From Candidatus Zixiibacteriota bacterium (lineage in GTDB: Bacteria > Zixibacteria > MSB-5A5 > WJJR01), in NCBI GenBank assembly GCA_036170655.1, contig JAVHPP010000141.1, positions 1 to 38,636 of the forward strand: a stretch of 38,636 nucleotides of DNA, given 5' to 3'. Each line of letters begins with the position of its first letter. The stretch's first letter is position 1. The position numbers and the translations under genes were made by a program. Below, piece after piece: positions 1 through 8,825 of the stretch. Below the pieces are notes generated by a model. The model had not been told where the DNA came from and ran no database searches. It saw nothing but the letters and a program-made list of their open reading frames with translations.

Positions 1-1
1 G

Positions 2-1030
2 CCGGAGAAGTTCCTGTTCGTCGATATTGCCGATGTGTCACCGTTGAAGCATTTGGGTGGCGCCAACCATTTCGAGATTCTCTTTGAATTCGACCGGCGC
101 CCCCCCGACAGTCTCCATGTGGCGCCGGGCGCCGTGAGGATCGGCTGCGCGCCGGTTGTGAATCTGCTTCCCCTCCGGTCTGCACCGATCCGGGTTGATT
201 TCGAAAAGACCGAATATCGTTTGCGGGCCGATGCGTCCAACCCGGAGCACTACGAGGTCTTCTCAGTCGATCATGTTTTGGGCTGGACCAAAGGATCGGT
301 ACGGGAGCGTGAGTACAAGCCCTTCTTTTCCTATGAGCATTCGCCTTCGGTAGAGAATCCGCACGCGGAGTACTTTCAGTTGCGGTTGCGGCCGGCAACG
401 GTCGGGCATGGAACCGAAACCTACCTGTCATTTGTCACGCCCTTGGAAGATGGAATCATGCCGGAAACGGAAACGGTGGCGGCCGATCTGACTTGCAGCA
501 ACCGGAATCTCTGCGATAAGCTGCGTCCCGGCGACATCAGTGTAGCGACATCACAGTCGCCCGGCTTTGCCACGTTCAGCAACATCGGCCGTGTGACTCC
601 GTCTCTTTCACCGCCCCTTGAGGGCCGGTTGCTCTGGCGGCTGATTTCGCATCAGTCCTTGAATTATCTGTCGCTGGCCGACGCCGATGCCCTTCGCGGA
701 ATCTTGAGTCTTTACAATTTCCAGGCGCTGGTAGACCGGCAGGCGTCGCGGGCCAACGAGTTGCGTCTGGCAGGGATCAAGTCAATCAGCGCTCGCCCGG
801 ACGACATCCTCCGGCATGGGGCAACATACCGTGGGGTTTCGGTTGATCTCGAATTGCAGGAAGACAACTTCTCCAGTGAAGGCGAGATGTACCTGTTCGC
901 CACTGTCCTGAACCGGTTTCTGAATCTGTATGTCACGATGAACTCCTTCACGCGGTTACGAGTGAAGGGGGCGCGTCAAGGTGAGATCTACGAATGGCCA
1001 CCCATGCTGGGTCAGCAAGTCCTGCTGTAG
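2..1030 (+). CDS. tssF: T6SS baseplate subunit TssF (5'-partial; runs off window start)
   Basis: Frame open from base 2 (PEKFLFVD..). TssF motifs GCAPVVNL, LWRLISHQSLNYLSL, LFATVLNRFLNLYVTMNSFT and C-terminal WPPMLGQQVLL. Overlaps tssG. Confidence 0.95.
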   Translation, partial: PEKFLFVDIADVSPLKHLGGANHFEILFEFDRRPPDSLHVAPGAVRIGCAPVVNLLPLRSAPIRVDFEKTEYRLRADASNPEHYEVFSVDHVLGWTKGSVREREYKPFFSYEHSPSVENPHAEYFQLRLRPATVGHGTETYLSFVTPLEDGIMPETETVAADLTCSNRNLCDKLRPGDISVATSQSPGFATFSNIGRVTPSLSPPLEGRLLWRLISHQSLNYLSLADADALRGILSLYNFQALVDRQASRANELRLAGIKSISARPDDILRHGATYRGVSVDLELQEDNFSSEGEMYLFATVLNRFLNLYVTMNSFTRLRVKGARQGEIYEWPPMLGQQVLL

Positions 1031-2004
1031 GCGACACACTCGCCCGCCGGGCGAGCGATTTTTCGTTTTTGCAGGCGATGTGGCTCTTACAGCGGTCGCT
1101 GCCGGGAGCGGTTCCTTTGGGACGGCAGGGACCGCCGGAGCGTGAGTGCGTTCGCCTGGCGCCGAGCATTTCTCTGGCATTCCCTGCCGGTGACATCGAG
1201 TCCGTCGAGAAGGCCGCCGGCGAGCCGCCCCGTTACCAAGTCACTGTCACGTTTCTAGGTTTGTACGGCGCTCATTCCCCATTGCCCAACTTCTATTCGG
1301 AATTGATTCTGCATCGTTCGGACGAAGACGATCCCATCCGGGCATTTCTGAATATCTTCAACCACCGTCTTCTGTCGCTGCTGTTCCGGGGAATGCTGAA
1401 ATACCGGAGCCATCTGCTCTTCGAACCTCATGGCGCCGATGAGTTTTCCTGGCGGCTCTTTGCGTTTTCAGGTCTCGGATCCGGGGGATTTCCCGAGGCA
1501 ACCGGCCTGCCGCCCGCGCGGCTCCTGCGCTTTGTGGGTTTCTTAAACCAAAAGCCACGGTCCGCCGCCGCAGTCGAGGGCATCCTGGCCTGCTACCTTG
1601 GTGATGTGCCCTTGCAGATTCAGCAGTGCGTTGCACGGTGGACATATCTCCGGCGGGGACAGCGCTGTTTCCTGGGAACGCAAGCATGCCAGCTCGGAGC
1701 GGATGCCACGATCGGTGAGCGCACGCCGGATCGCATGGGGAAGTTCCGGATTTCCATCGGGCCGGTTGGCTACGAGACATACCGGAAATTTCTGCCCGGC
1801 AGCGAGCGTCTGCGATCACTGTGGCGTCTGGCGAGGCTTGCATGCCCGGATTGGCTTGACTTTGATGCGCAGGTTGTCCTGTGTGGCAGCGACACTCCCC
1901 GTTTGGGCGTCACCTTGTCTGCTGACTCGCAACTGGGATGGACGACCGGTCTTTTCCCGCGACCGTCGTCCGATCTGCCGGTGAGATTCTGCCCGGCGGC
2001 CTGA
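994..2004 (+). CDS. tssG: T6SS baseplate subunit TssG
   Basis: DFSFLQAMWLL, SLAFPAGDI, FLGLYGAHSPLP, FLNIFNHRLLSL and LGWTT motifs; canonical tssF/tssG overlap. Confidence 0.95.
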   Translation: MATHAGSASPAVGDTLARRASDFSFLQAMWLLQRSLPGAVPLGRQGPPERECVRLAPSISLAFPAGDIESVEKAAGEPPRYQVTVTFLGLYGAHSPLPNFYSELILHRSDEDDPIRAFLNIFNHRLLSLLFRGMLKYRSHLLFEPHGADEFSWRLFAFSGLGSGGFPEATGLPPARLLRFVGFLNQKPRSAAAVEGILACYLGDVPLQIQQCVARWTYLRRGQRCFLGTQACQLGADATIGERTPDRMGKFRISIGPVGYETYRKFLPGSERLRSLWRLARLACPDWLDFDAQVVLCGSDTPRLGVTLSADSQLGWTTGLFPRPSSDLPVRFCPAA

Positions 2005-2062
2005 GGGCCGGGCGTGAGAGTGCAACATACACGAACGTCTCCGGATCAGGGAGAAAGGAAGA

Positions 2063-4750
2063 TTGATGGCCAAGCTGGAACCGATCGCGCTTGTACGGAA
2101 ACTGAATGGCTTCAGCCGCAACGCGCTGGAGAATGCCGCCGGATTGTGTGTCGGCCGCTCGCATTATGAGATCACGGTCGACCACCTGATGCTGAAGCTT
2201 CTGGATCATCCCAACGGCGACCTCCAAGTCATCCTCCGTCATTTCGAGGTCGAACCGTCACGCGTCACCGGCGCGCTGCAGCATAACGTGGAAGGCTTCA
2301 AGGCGGGCAACACCGGCAAACCGGTTTTCTCTCCGCTGCTCCCCAAATGGCTGGAGGAGGCCTGGCTGATTGGATCGGTGAACTTGAGCGAACCCCTTCT
2401 GCGTTCGGGGACGCTTCTCCTTGCGCTCCTGGAAAACCCGATGCGATACCTTGTCGGCGGCGAAATACTGGAACTGGAAAGTGTCGATGCGGCGCAACTG
2501 CTCAAAGAGTTTCCGGCGATTGTTGGCGGATCAATTGAGAGCGAGCAGGCGCGTGCGGCAGCGCCCACGGGCGCGGCGCTTCCCGGCGGGGAGGGGCGAA
2601 CTCCGGCTGGCGAAGGCGCTTTGGGGCGATTCTGCATCGACTTCACCGCCCGCGCCCGGGCCGGCGAAATCGATCCCGTATTCGGCCGTGACCGCGAGAT
2701 TCGTCAGATGATTGACATCCTGGCGGCGCGCCGGAGAAACAATCCCATCGTGGTCGGCGAATCCGGCGTGGGCAAGACCGCGGTCGTCGAGGGGCTGGCC
2801 CTGCGGATCACGCAGGGCGAGGTGCCAGCTTTCCTGGCTGAGGTTTCCCTCCTCGCGCTCGATTTGGGACTCCTTCAGGCGGGGGCGGGGGTCAAAGGCG
2901 AGTTTGAGAACCGGCTCAAGCAGGTCATCAGCGAGGTGAAAGCATCTCCCAAACCTGTCATCCTCTTCATCGATGAGGCTCACACCCTCATCGGTGCCGG
3001 CGGCGCCGCTGGTGGATCGGATGCCGCCAACCTGCTCAAGCCCGCTCTCGCACGTGGCGAATTGCGTACCATCGCCGCCACCACCTGGTCGGAGTACAAG
3101 AAGTACTTCGAAAAAGACCCGGCTCTGGCGAGCCGTTTCCAGTTGGTCAAACTCGATGAGCCATCGGTGGCTGAGACAATTGTCATGCTGCGCGGGCTGC
3201 GGGAGAAGTATGAGGAAGCACACGGTGTGCAGATTCCCGACAATGCCCTGGTCTCGGGCGCTGAATTGTCGGGACGGTATATCTCCGGGCGGCTACTGCC
3301 GCGCAAGGCGGTCGACTTGATTGACACGGCCGCTGCGCGCGTCAAGATCGGACTATCGGGGCGTCCGGACACTCTGGAGGACCTCGATCGGCAGATCCAG
3401 ACTCTTTCGCGAGAGCGCGACGCTTATCGGCGTGACCTCGGCAGCAAGGGCATGGATGACGACGTACGCGTCACCGACCTCGAGACTCGCATCGCAAGTC
3501 TCCAGATAGAACTGAACGAGTTGACAGCCCGCTGGCTTAAAGAGAAGGAAGCGGTCGACCGTTACCTGAAAGTTCGTGATCGGATCTTGGGCAAGAATGG
3601 CGATGGCGCCTCCCCGGAAACTGCCACACAGGATAAGGCCGCGAACGCCGCGGAATTGAAGGCGGCAATGGCCGAGCTGGAGAAAGTGCAGGGACCGAAC
3701 CCGATGATTCCGTTGGAGGTCTCTCCCGAAGTCGTTGGTAAAGTCGTCGCCGATTGGACCGGCATTCCCGTCGGCAAGATGGTCAAAGATGAAGCGCAGG
3801 CAGTGCTCACTTTCGACGGCCGTCTCAAAGAGAGAATCAAAGGCCAGGATTTCGCGGTGAGCGCCGTGGCGACCGGCATCCGTGCCGCCAAAGCGGGTCT
3901 GCAAGACCCCAGCAAGCCGATTGGCGTATTCCTGTTCGTCGGCCCGTCAGGGGTCGGCAAAACCGAAACGGCGCTGGGAGTGGCGGATCTGTTATTCGGT
4001 GGCGAGCGGTTTATGACCACGGTCAACATGTCCGAGTTTCAGGAAAAACACACCGTGTCCCGCCTGATCGGATCGCCGCCGGGATATGTCGGTTTCGGCG
4101 AAGGCGGTGTTCTGACCGAGGCGGTGAGGCAACGCCCCTACTCTGTGGTGCTGCTGGATGAAGTCGAGAAGGCGGACCCTGAGGTGATGAATCTGTTTTA
4201 TCAGGTATTCGACAAGGGGATGCTGTCCGACGGAGAGGGGCGGATCATCGACTTCAAGAACACCGTCGTCTTTCTGACATCAAATCTAGCCACCGATATC
4301 ATCACGGAGTTGGGATTGCAGGAACCGCTGCCCACGCACGAGCAGGTCGTTTCCGCGATACGGCCGGTTTTGAACAAGCATTTCAAGCCGGCGTTGGTTG
4401 GTCGCATGACGATCGTGCCATTTTTCCCATTGAAGAGTGATGCGATCAAGCGGATCGTCGTGCTGAAGCTGGGGCGGCTGGTCGACCGTCTGGCCGAGAG
4501 TCACAAAATGAAACTGCTCTACTCTGATGCGGTTGTGGATCAGATTGCCGCGCGGTGCACGGAAGTCGAGACGGGCGCCCGCAACATCGACCATATCCTT
4601 CAGGGGACACTCCTGCCGCGCATTTCGACAGAATTGCTGGAGCGCATGACGGCCGGACCGCTGCCGGAGCGGCTGTCTTTGGGGATCGACGACAAGGGCG
4701 AGTTTACATTCGAATTTGGCGACGGCGAGCCTGCGCCGGCAGTGAACTGA
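2063..4750 (+). CDS. tssH: T6SS AAA+ ATPase ClpV/TssH
   Basis: Two AAA modules (GESGVGKT/FIDEAH and GPSGVGKT/LLDEVEKA), ClpV-type N-terminus (LENAAGLC..R.HYEI..DH), GLLQAGAGVKGEFENRLK, T6SS context. Confidence 0.96.
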   Translation: MMAKLEPIALVRKLNGFSRNALENAAGLCVGRSHYEITVDHLMLKLLDHPNGDLQVILRHFEVEPSRVTGALQHNVEGFKAGNTGKPVFSPLLPKWLEEAWLIGSVNLSEPLLRSGTLLLALLENPMRYLVGGEILELESVDAAQLLKEFPAIVGGSIESEQARAAAPTGAALPGGEGRTPAGEGALGRFCIDFTARARAGEIDPVFGRDREIRQMIDILAARRRNNPIVVGESGVGKTAVVEGLALRITQGEVPAFLAEVSLLALDLGLLQAGAGVKGEFENRLKQVISEVKASPKPVILFIDEAHTLIGAGGAAGGSDAANLLKPALARGELRTIAATTWSEYKKYFEKDPALASRFQLVKLDEPSVAETIVMLRGLREKYEEAHGVQIPDNALVSGAELSGRYISGRLLPRKAVDLIDTAAARVKIGLSGRPDTLEDLDRQIQTLSRERDAYRRDLGSKGMDDDVRVTDLETRIASLQIELNELTARWLKEKEAVDRYLKVRDRILGKNGDGASPETATQDKAANAAELKAAMAELEKVQGPNPMIPLEVSPEVVGKVVADWTGIPVGKMVKDEAQAVLTFDGRLKERIKGQDFAVSAVATGIRAAKAGLQDPSKPIGVFLFVGPSGVGKTETALGVADLLFGGERFMTTVNMSEFQEKHTVSRLIGSPPGYVGFGEGGVLTEAVRQRPYSVVLLDEVEKADPEVMNLFYQVFDKGMLSDGEGRIIDFKNTVVFLTSNLATDIITELGLQEPLPTHEQVVSAIRPVLNKHFKPALVGRMTIVPFFPLKSDAIKRIVVLKLGRLVDRLAESHKMKLLYSDAVVDQIAARCTEVETGARNIDHILQGTLLPRISTELLERMTAGPLPERLSLGIDDKGEFTFEFGDGEPAPAVN

Positions 4751-4768
4751 GCTGCGAAAGAAGATGAC

Positions 4769-5425
4769 GTGAGTCGTGAGACATTCATCGCAAGTATGCA
4801 GGCAGCGCTGGAGCACGCTCCTTTGTTGTCGCATGGTCAGCCGGGGCTCGGTGATCTCACCGCCTATTTCGGCGCCTTCCGTAACGATCCCGACGGCGCC
4901 CTGAACGCCTATCGCGAGTATGCTCTTTCGTTCTATGTCCACATTATGCGTGTCAGCACGGACCCGGATGCCGATGTCGAATGGCCCGGCGGGTCTTGCG
5001 ATCGCTGGAGTGAGATTGCGTCCCGCCGGCGTAACCAGTATCGCCGCGTCATCGATTGTGAGGGGTACGCTTTCATCGCCCAGCAGTTGCTGGGGGCTGC
5101 GGGCTGGAGTCTCGCCGGGTACAGGATCATCTATCTCCCAACTCGAAGCAACCCTTCTGACTTCCACATTGTCGCCGTGATGGATTATCCCGGGGAGACG
5201 TCCCGCCGTATCTTCATTGGGAGTGAACGGGTGAGTACGAACTGGATGTCCGAAGCCAATGCGGTATTTCCACAGGGATCGTCTAATGCGCGTACGACGA
5301 GCATTGCCCCGACAGCTGCAGTGGCCATTGAGGAGATGCAGCAACAGATCGAAAGCGGCGATTCCACGGAATTGGCGCCGTTCCGTGACCGTCGCTCCCG
5401 GGTTCCCGATCACCTTGGTGATTGA
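4769..5425 (+). CDS. Hypothetical protein with transglutaminase/papain-like Cys-His motif
   Basis: 218-aa ORF co-oriented between clpV and vgrG. IDCEGYA resembles the GDCEDYA catalytic Cys motif, followed by FHIVAV. Confidence 0.6.
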   Translation: MSRETFIASMQAALEHAPLLSHGQPGLGDLTAYFGAFRNDPDGALNAYREYALSFYVHIMRVSTDPDADVEWPGGSCDRWSEIASRRRNQYRRVIDCEGYAFIAQQLLGAAGWSLAGYRIIYLPTRSNPSDFHIVAVMDYPGETSRRIFIGSERVSTNWMSEANAVFPQGSSNARTTSIAPTAAVAIEEMQQQIESGDSTELAPFRDRRSRVPDHLGD

Positions 5426-5501
5426 ATCTCGTCTTGTGGCGTGATGACGCGGCGGCCGGAGTCGGTGACGATAAGCGTGTTATTATCCAGCGAGGTGCAA
5501 G

Positions 5502-7673
5502 ATGGATTTCCTGCGGTCAGATGAGACCATTCTCACTTTTCAGTCTAAGGGGTATTCTGACGAACTGCGGGTCTTGCGCTTTTCCGGCGCCGAGGGGATC
5601 AGCGAATTGTTCCACTTCGGCATCGAGCTGGCGGCCCGCGACCGGGACATAGACTTGGATGCTATCGTCGGGAAGCAGGCGCACTTCAACATCCAGTATC
5701 CGGATGGTGACCGATCGATCTTTGGCATCGTCTCCCGCTTCGAGCAGGGCGTCTCCGGAGAGACGTTCACCCCCTATTTCGCCGAGTTCGTCCCGTCGGT
5801 GTGGCTGCTCACCCAACGGTACAAGAGCCGGATCTTCCAGGAGAAGACGGTTCGTGAGATCATCGAAAAAGTGCTCGGCGATGCGGAGGTGGCGACGGAC
5901 TACTTTCGCTTCGCGCTGCAGCGGTCCGACTATGTCAAACGCGACTACTGCGTGCAGTACCGGGAAACCGACTGGAACTTCGTTTCCCGTCTGATGGAGG
6001 AAGAGGGCATCTTTTACTTTTTCGAGCACAAAGACAGCAAGGACATTCTGGTGATGGCCGACTCGGCCGATGTCCATGTTCCCATCGAGGGCGAGAGCGC
6101 TGTTCTGTTCCGTGACCGGTCGGGCGCCGTGGAGGAGCAGGAGTTCATTTACGATTTCCGCTACTCCCAGCAGATCCGGCCCGGCAAGGTGACGCTGCGG
6201 GACTACAATTTCGAACGCCCGACCCTTGATTTGACCAAGGACGACACCGCGGAGCGGAACCCCGAGCTGGAAGTCTATGATTATCCCGGTCTGTACCTGG
6301 ATGCCGGTCCCGGTGGCGAGCTGACCCGTGTGCGCAAGGAAGCCATGCAGGCCCGGCGTCTGCTCGGGGTCGGGCAGAGCATCTGCCGCCGTATGGTTCC
6401 GGGATATCAGTTTACTTTGAACGACTATCCCCGCGATGACTTCAATCAGGAGTATCTGCTGACTTGGGTGCAGCACACCGGGACACAGCCGCTCGGGCAG
6501 GATCAGGCCGGCGGACGGTTCACCTACGACAATCAGTTCCGTTGCATACCGTCTACGGTGCCCTTCCGTCCGCTGCGAAAGACCCCCAAGCCGGTGGTGG
6601 AAGGATCGCAAACGGCGGTGGTCACAGGCCCCGGCGGCGAGGAGATCTACGTCGATCAGCACGGGCGCGTCAAAGTGCAGTTTCCCTGGGACAGAGAAGG
6701 CCAGAACGACGACAAGTCCTCGTGCTGGATTCGAGTCTCGCAACTATGGGCGGGAGCCGGCTGGGGGGCGATGTTCATCCCCCGCATCGGACAGGAAGTG
6801 ATCGTCGATTTCCTCGAAGGCGATCCCGACCGCCCCATCATCACGGGACGCATTTACAACGGCGACAACAAACCGCCGTATCCCTTGGATGCAGAGAAGA
6901 CGAAGAGCACGATCAAATCGGACTCGACGAAAGGACACGGAGGCTCCAACGAGTACCGTTTCGAAGACAAGAAGGGATCAGAAGAGATCTTCCAGCACGC
7001 GCAAAAAGACCTGACGATTGCCACCAATAATGACAAGAATCAAACTACGGGTCATGACGAGACACTGACGATCAAGCATGATCGCACCAAGACGGTCAAG
7101 CACGACGAGACAACCACGGTGGAGAACGACCGCACGGAGACGGTTAACGGGAAAGAGACAATCACGATCGCAAAGGACCGGACAGAGGAAATCCAGCAGG
7201 GCAACGAGAAGGTCACTGTTGACACCGGCAATCGGACGATTAACGTCAATACCGGGAATGATGAGCACAATATTCTCACCGGGAACCGGACCGTTAATAT
7301 CAACACCGGCGACGACACGCTTTCGATTCTGACCGGCAAGAGAACGGTGAACGTCAACGCCGGAAATGAGGCGCTCAACGTCCTAACCGGAACCAAGACG
7401 GATAGTATCAAAGGACCCTACGACATCACGGTTCAGTCCGACAAATTCCACGTCAAGTGCGGCGGCAGCGAACTGACCATGAAACTTGACGGGACAGTCA
7501 CCGTCAAAGGTGCGGGCGGAACGATCACGATCGACAGTACGGGAATCAAGATTGAAGGCCAGACGATCAAGTCGGCCGCCACGACGGCGAATGACACTTC
7601 CGGTGCGATGGTGTCTTCGGTCGCGACGGCCTCGAATACCATCAAGGGCGCGATGGTCTTGTTGAATCCATAA
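5502..7673 (+). CDS. vgrG: T6SS spike protein VgrG with gp5-like C-terminal beta-repeat
   Basis: YCVQYRETDWNFVSRLMEEEGIFYFF, GRVKVQFPWDR, SCWIRVSQ and PRIGQEVIVDFLEGDPDRP motifs; Thr/Asn-rich repeats; SD GAGGT upstream. Confidence 0.97.
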   Translation: MDFLRSDETILTFQSKGYSDELRVLRFSGAEGISELFHFGIELAARDRDIDLDAIVGKQAHFNIQYPDGDRSIFGIVSRFEQGVSGETFTPYFAEFVPSVWLLTQRYKSRIFQEKTVREIIEKVLGDAEVATDYFRFALQRSDYVKRDYCVQYRETDWNFVSRLMEEEGIFYFFEHKDSKDILVMADSADVHVPIEGESAVLFRDRSGAVEEQEFIYDFRYSQQIRPGKVTLRDYNFERPTLDLTKDDTAERNPELEVYDYPGLYLDAGPGGELTRVRKEAMQARRLLGVGQSICRRMVPGYQFTLNDYPRDDFNQEYLLTWVQHTGTQPLGQDQAGGRFTYDNQFRCIPSTVPFRPLRKTPKPVVEGSQTAVVTGPGGEEIYVDQHGRVKVQFPWDREGQNDDKSSCWIRVSQLWAGAGWGAMFIPRIGQEVIVDFLEGDPDRPIITGRIYNGDNKPPYPLDAEKTKSTIKSDSTKGHGGSNEYRFEDKKGSEEIFQHAQKDLTIATNNDKNQTTGHDETLTIKHDRTKTVKHDETTTVENDRTETVNGKETITIAKDRTEEIQQGNEKVTVDTGNRTINVNTGNDEHNILTGNRTVNINTGDDTLSILTGKRTVNVNAGNEALNVLTGTKTDSIKGPYDITVQSDKFHVKCGGSELTMKLDGTVTVKGAGGTITIDSTGIKIEGQTIKSAATTANDTSGAMVSSVATASNTIKGAMVLLNP

Positions 7674-7709
7674 GTCACCGATTGTTCTCGGAAGCAGGAG
7701 TTCGCTCAG

Positions 7710-8822
7710 ATGACCGCAAGTAAACCGGATGATATTTACGCGTATATGATGCTCCCGGGGTCAGACCCGGATGGAAGGCAGATATTTTCCGTTCTGGCCA
7801 AGCGCAGATTCAAGATCGTCCCCAAAGGCAGGTGTCAGCCGATTCCGGAGCAATCGCCGCTGACCCTGGCGACACGATATTACGAGAAAAATGACCCCAT
7901 GATCGGCTCGATTGAAGTCGAGACAGACCTTTATCCTTACAAGCCCATGACGGATGTGGTATTCACCGGCAAGGTCCACGCACCCGGCGGGAAGCCGGTA
8001 TCCCAATGCCTCGCGTCGTTGCGCGTCGGCAGTCAACAGAAGACGATCGCTGTGTTCGGCGAGCGGCGGACTGCCTTTAACAGCGCCGGGACCCCGGTGT
8101 TCACCAATCCAGTCCCGTTCCTGACGATCGATGTCCGTTACGAACGTGCGTACGGAGGCGTCGACATTCATGCCGACGCGAAGATCCCGATGGCCTATCC
8201 GCGGAACTTCATTGGAACTGGGTTCGTCGTGAAGAACACGAAGGAGGCGGTCGACGGGATGGCCCTGCCCAACTTCGAGGACCCGCAGGATCTGCTTACT
8301 CCCCAGCGCCTTGTCACCGGATCGATTGAGAAATGGCATAAGCAGCCGATGCCGGCGGGTTTGAGCTGGTTTGGACTGGGATGGTATCCGCGCGCCAGCT
8401 TTGCCGGGGTCCTCCCCGCGTACATGCCGATGTATGAAGAGCTGCACGAGATGACATTGGGTATCGTGCGGAAGGATCAAGTCGAGGCGCAGAAGAGACT
8501 GAAGTTGCCGATGCTTGATTTCCGACTGTTCAACGGGGCATCTCCGGGCCTGGCGGTTCCGCACCTCAAAGGGGACGAGCCCGTCCAGCTCCGCAATCTC
8601 GATCCGTCGGGCGATCTCTCTTTCAATCTGCCCGGGAAGACCCCCGTGATTTCCATCGACTGGGGTAAAGGGGTAGAAAAGCCGCCGGTCGTGCTACACA
8701 CGGTCGCGATTTTCGGTGAACTGATGGCTGTGGATCTAGTCTGGCGGGGGGCTGTTGTCTATGATGGCCGCCCGGATTTCGTTGACATGACGCGCATGGA
8801 TGTAACCGTCGAGGATAGCTGA
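7710..8822 (+). CDS. DUF2169 family T6SS effector adaptor
   Basis: ETDL.PYKPMTDVV..G..HAPGG, V.GERR, YERAYGG and RASFAG..FNGASP..LKGDE..L.NL motifs; located between vgrG and the effector. Confidence 0.88.
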   Translation: MTASKPDDIYAYMMLPGSDPDGRQIFSVLAKRRFKIVPKGRCQPIPEQSPLTLATRYYEKNDPMIGSIEVETDLYPYKPMTDVVFTGKVHAPGGKPVSQCLASLRVGSQQKTIAVFGERRTAFNSAGTPVFTNPVPFLTIDVRYERAYGGVDIHADAKIPMAYPRNFIGTGFVVKNTKEAVDGMALPNFEDPQDLLTPQRLVTGSIEKWHKQPMPAGLSWFGLGWYPRASFAGVLPAYMPMYEELHEMTLGIVRKDQVEAQKRLKLPMLDFRLFNGASPGLAVPHLKGDEPVQLRNLDPSGDLSFNLPGKTPVISIDWGKGVEKPPVVLHTVAIFGELMAVDLVWRGAVVYDGRPDFVDMTRMDVTVEDS

Positions 8823-8825
8823 GCC

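Noticed and set aside
4286..6743. Long antisense ORFs (375 aa, 408 aa, and similar ones such as 25626-26375 and 34296-35033)
   Set aside because: Shadow frames of well-supported genes in GC-rich DNA, with no recognisable motifs.
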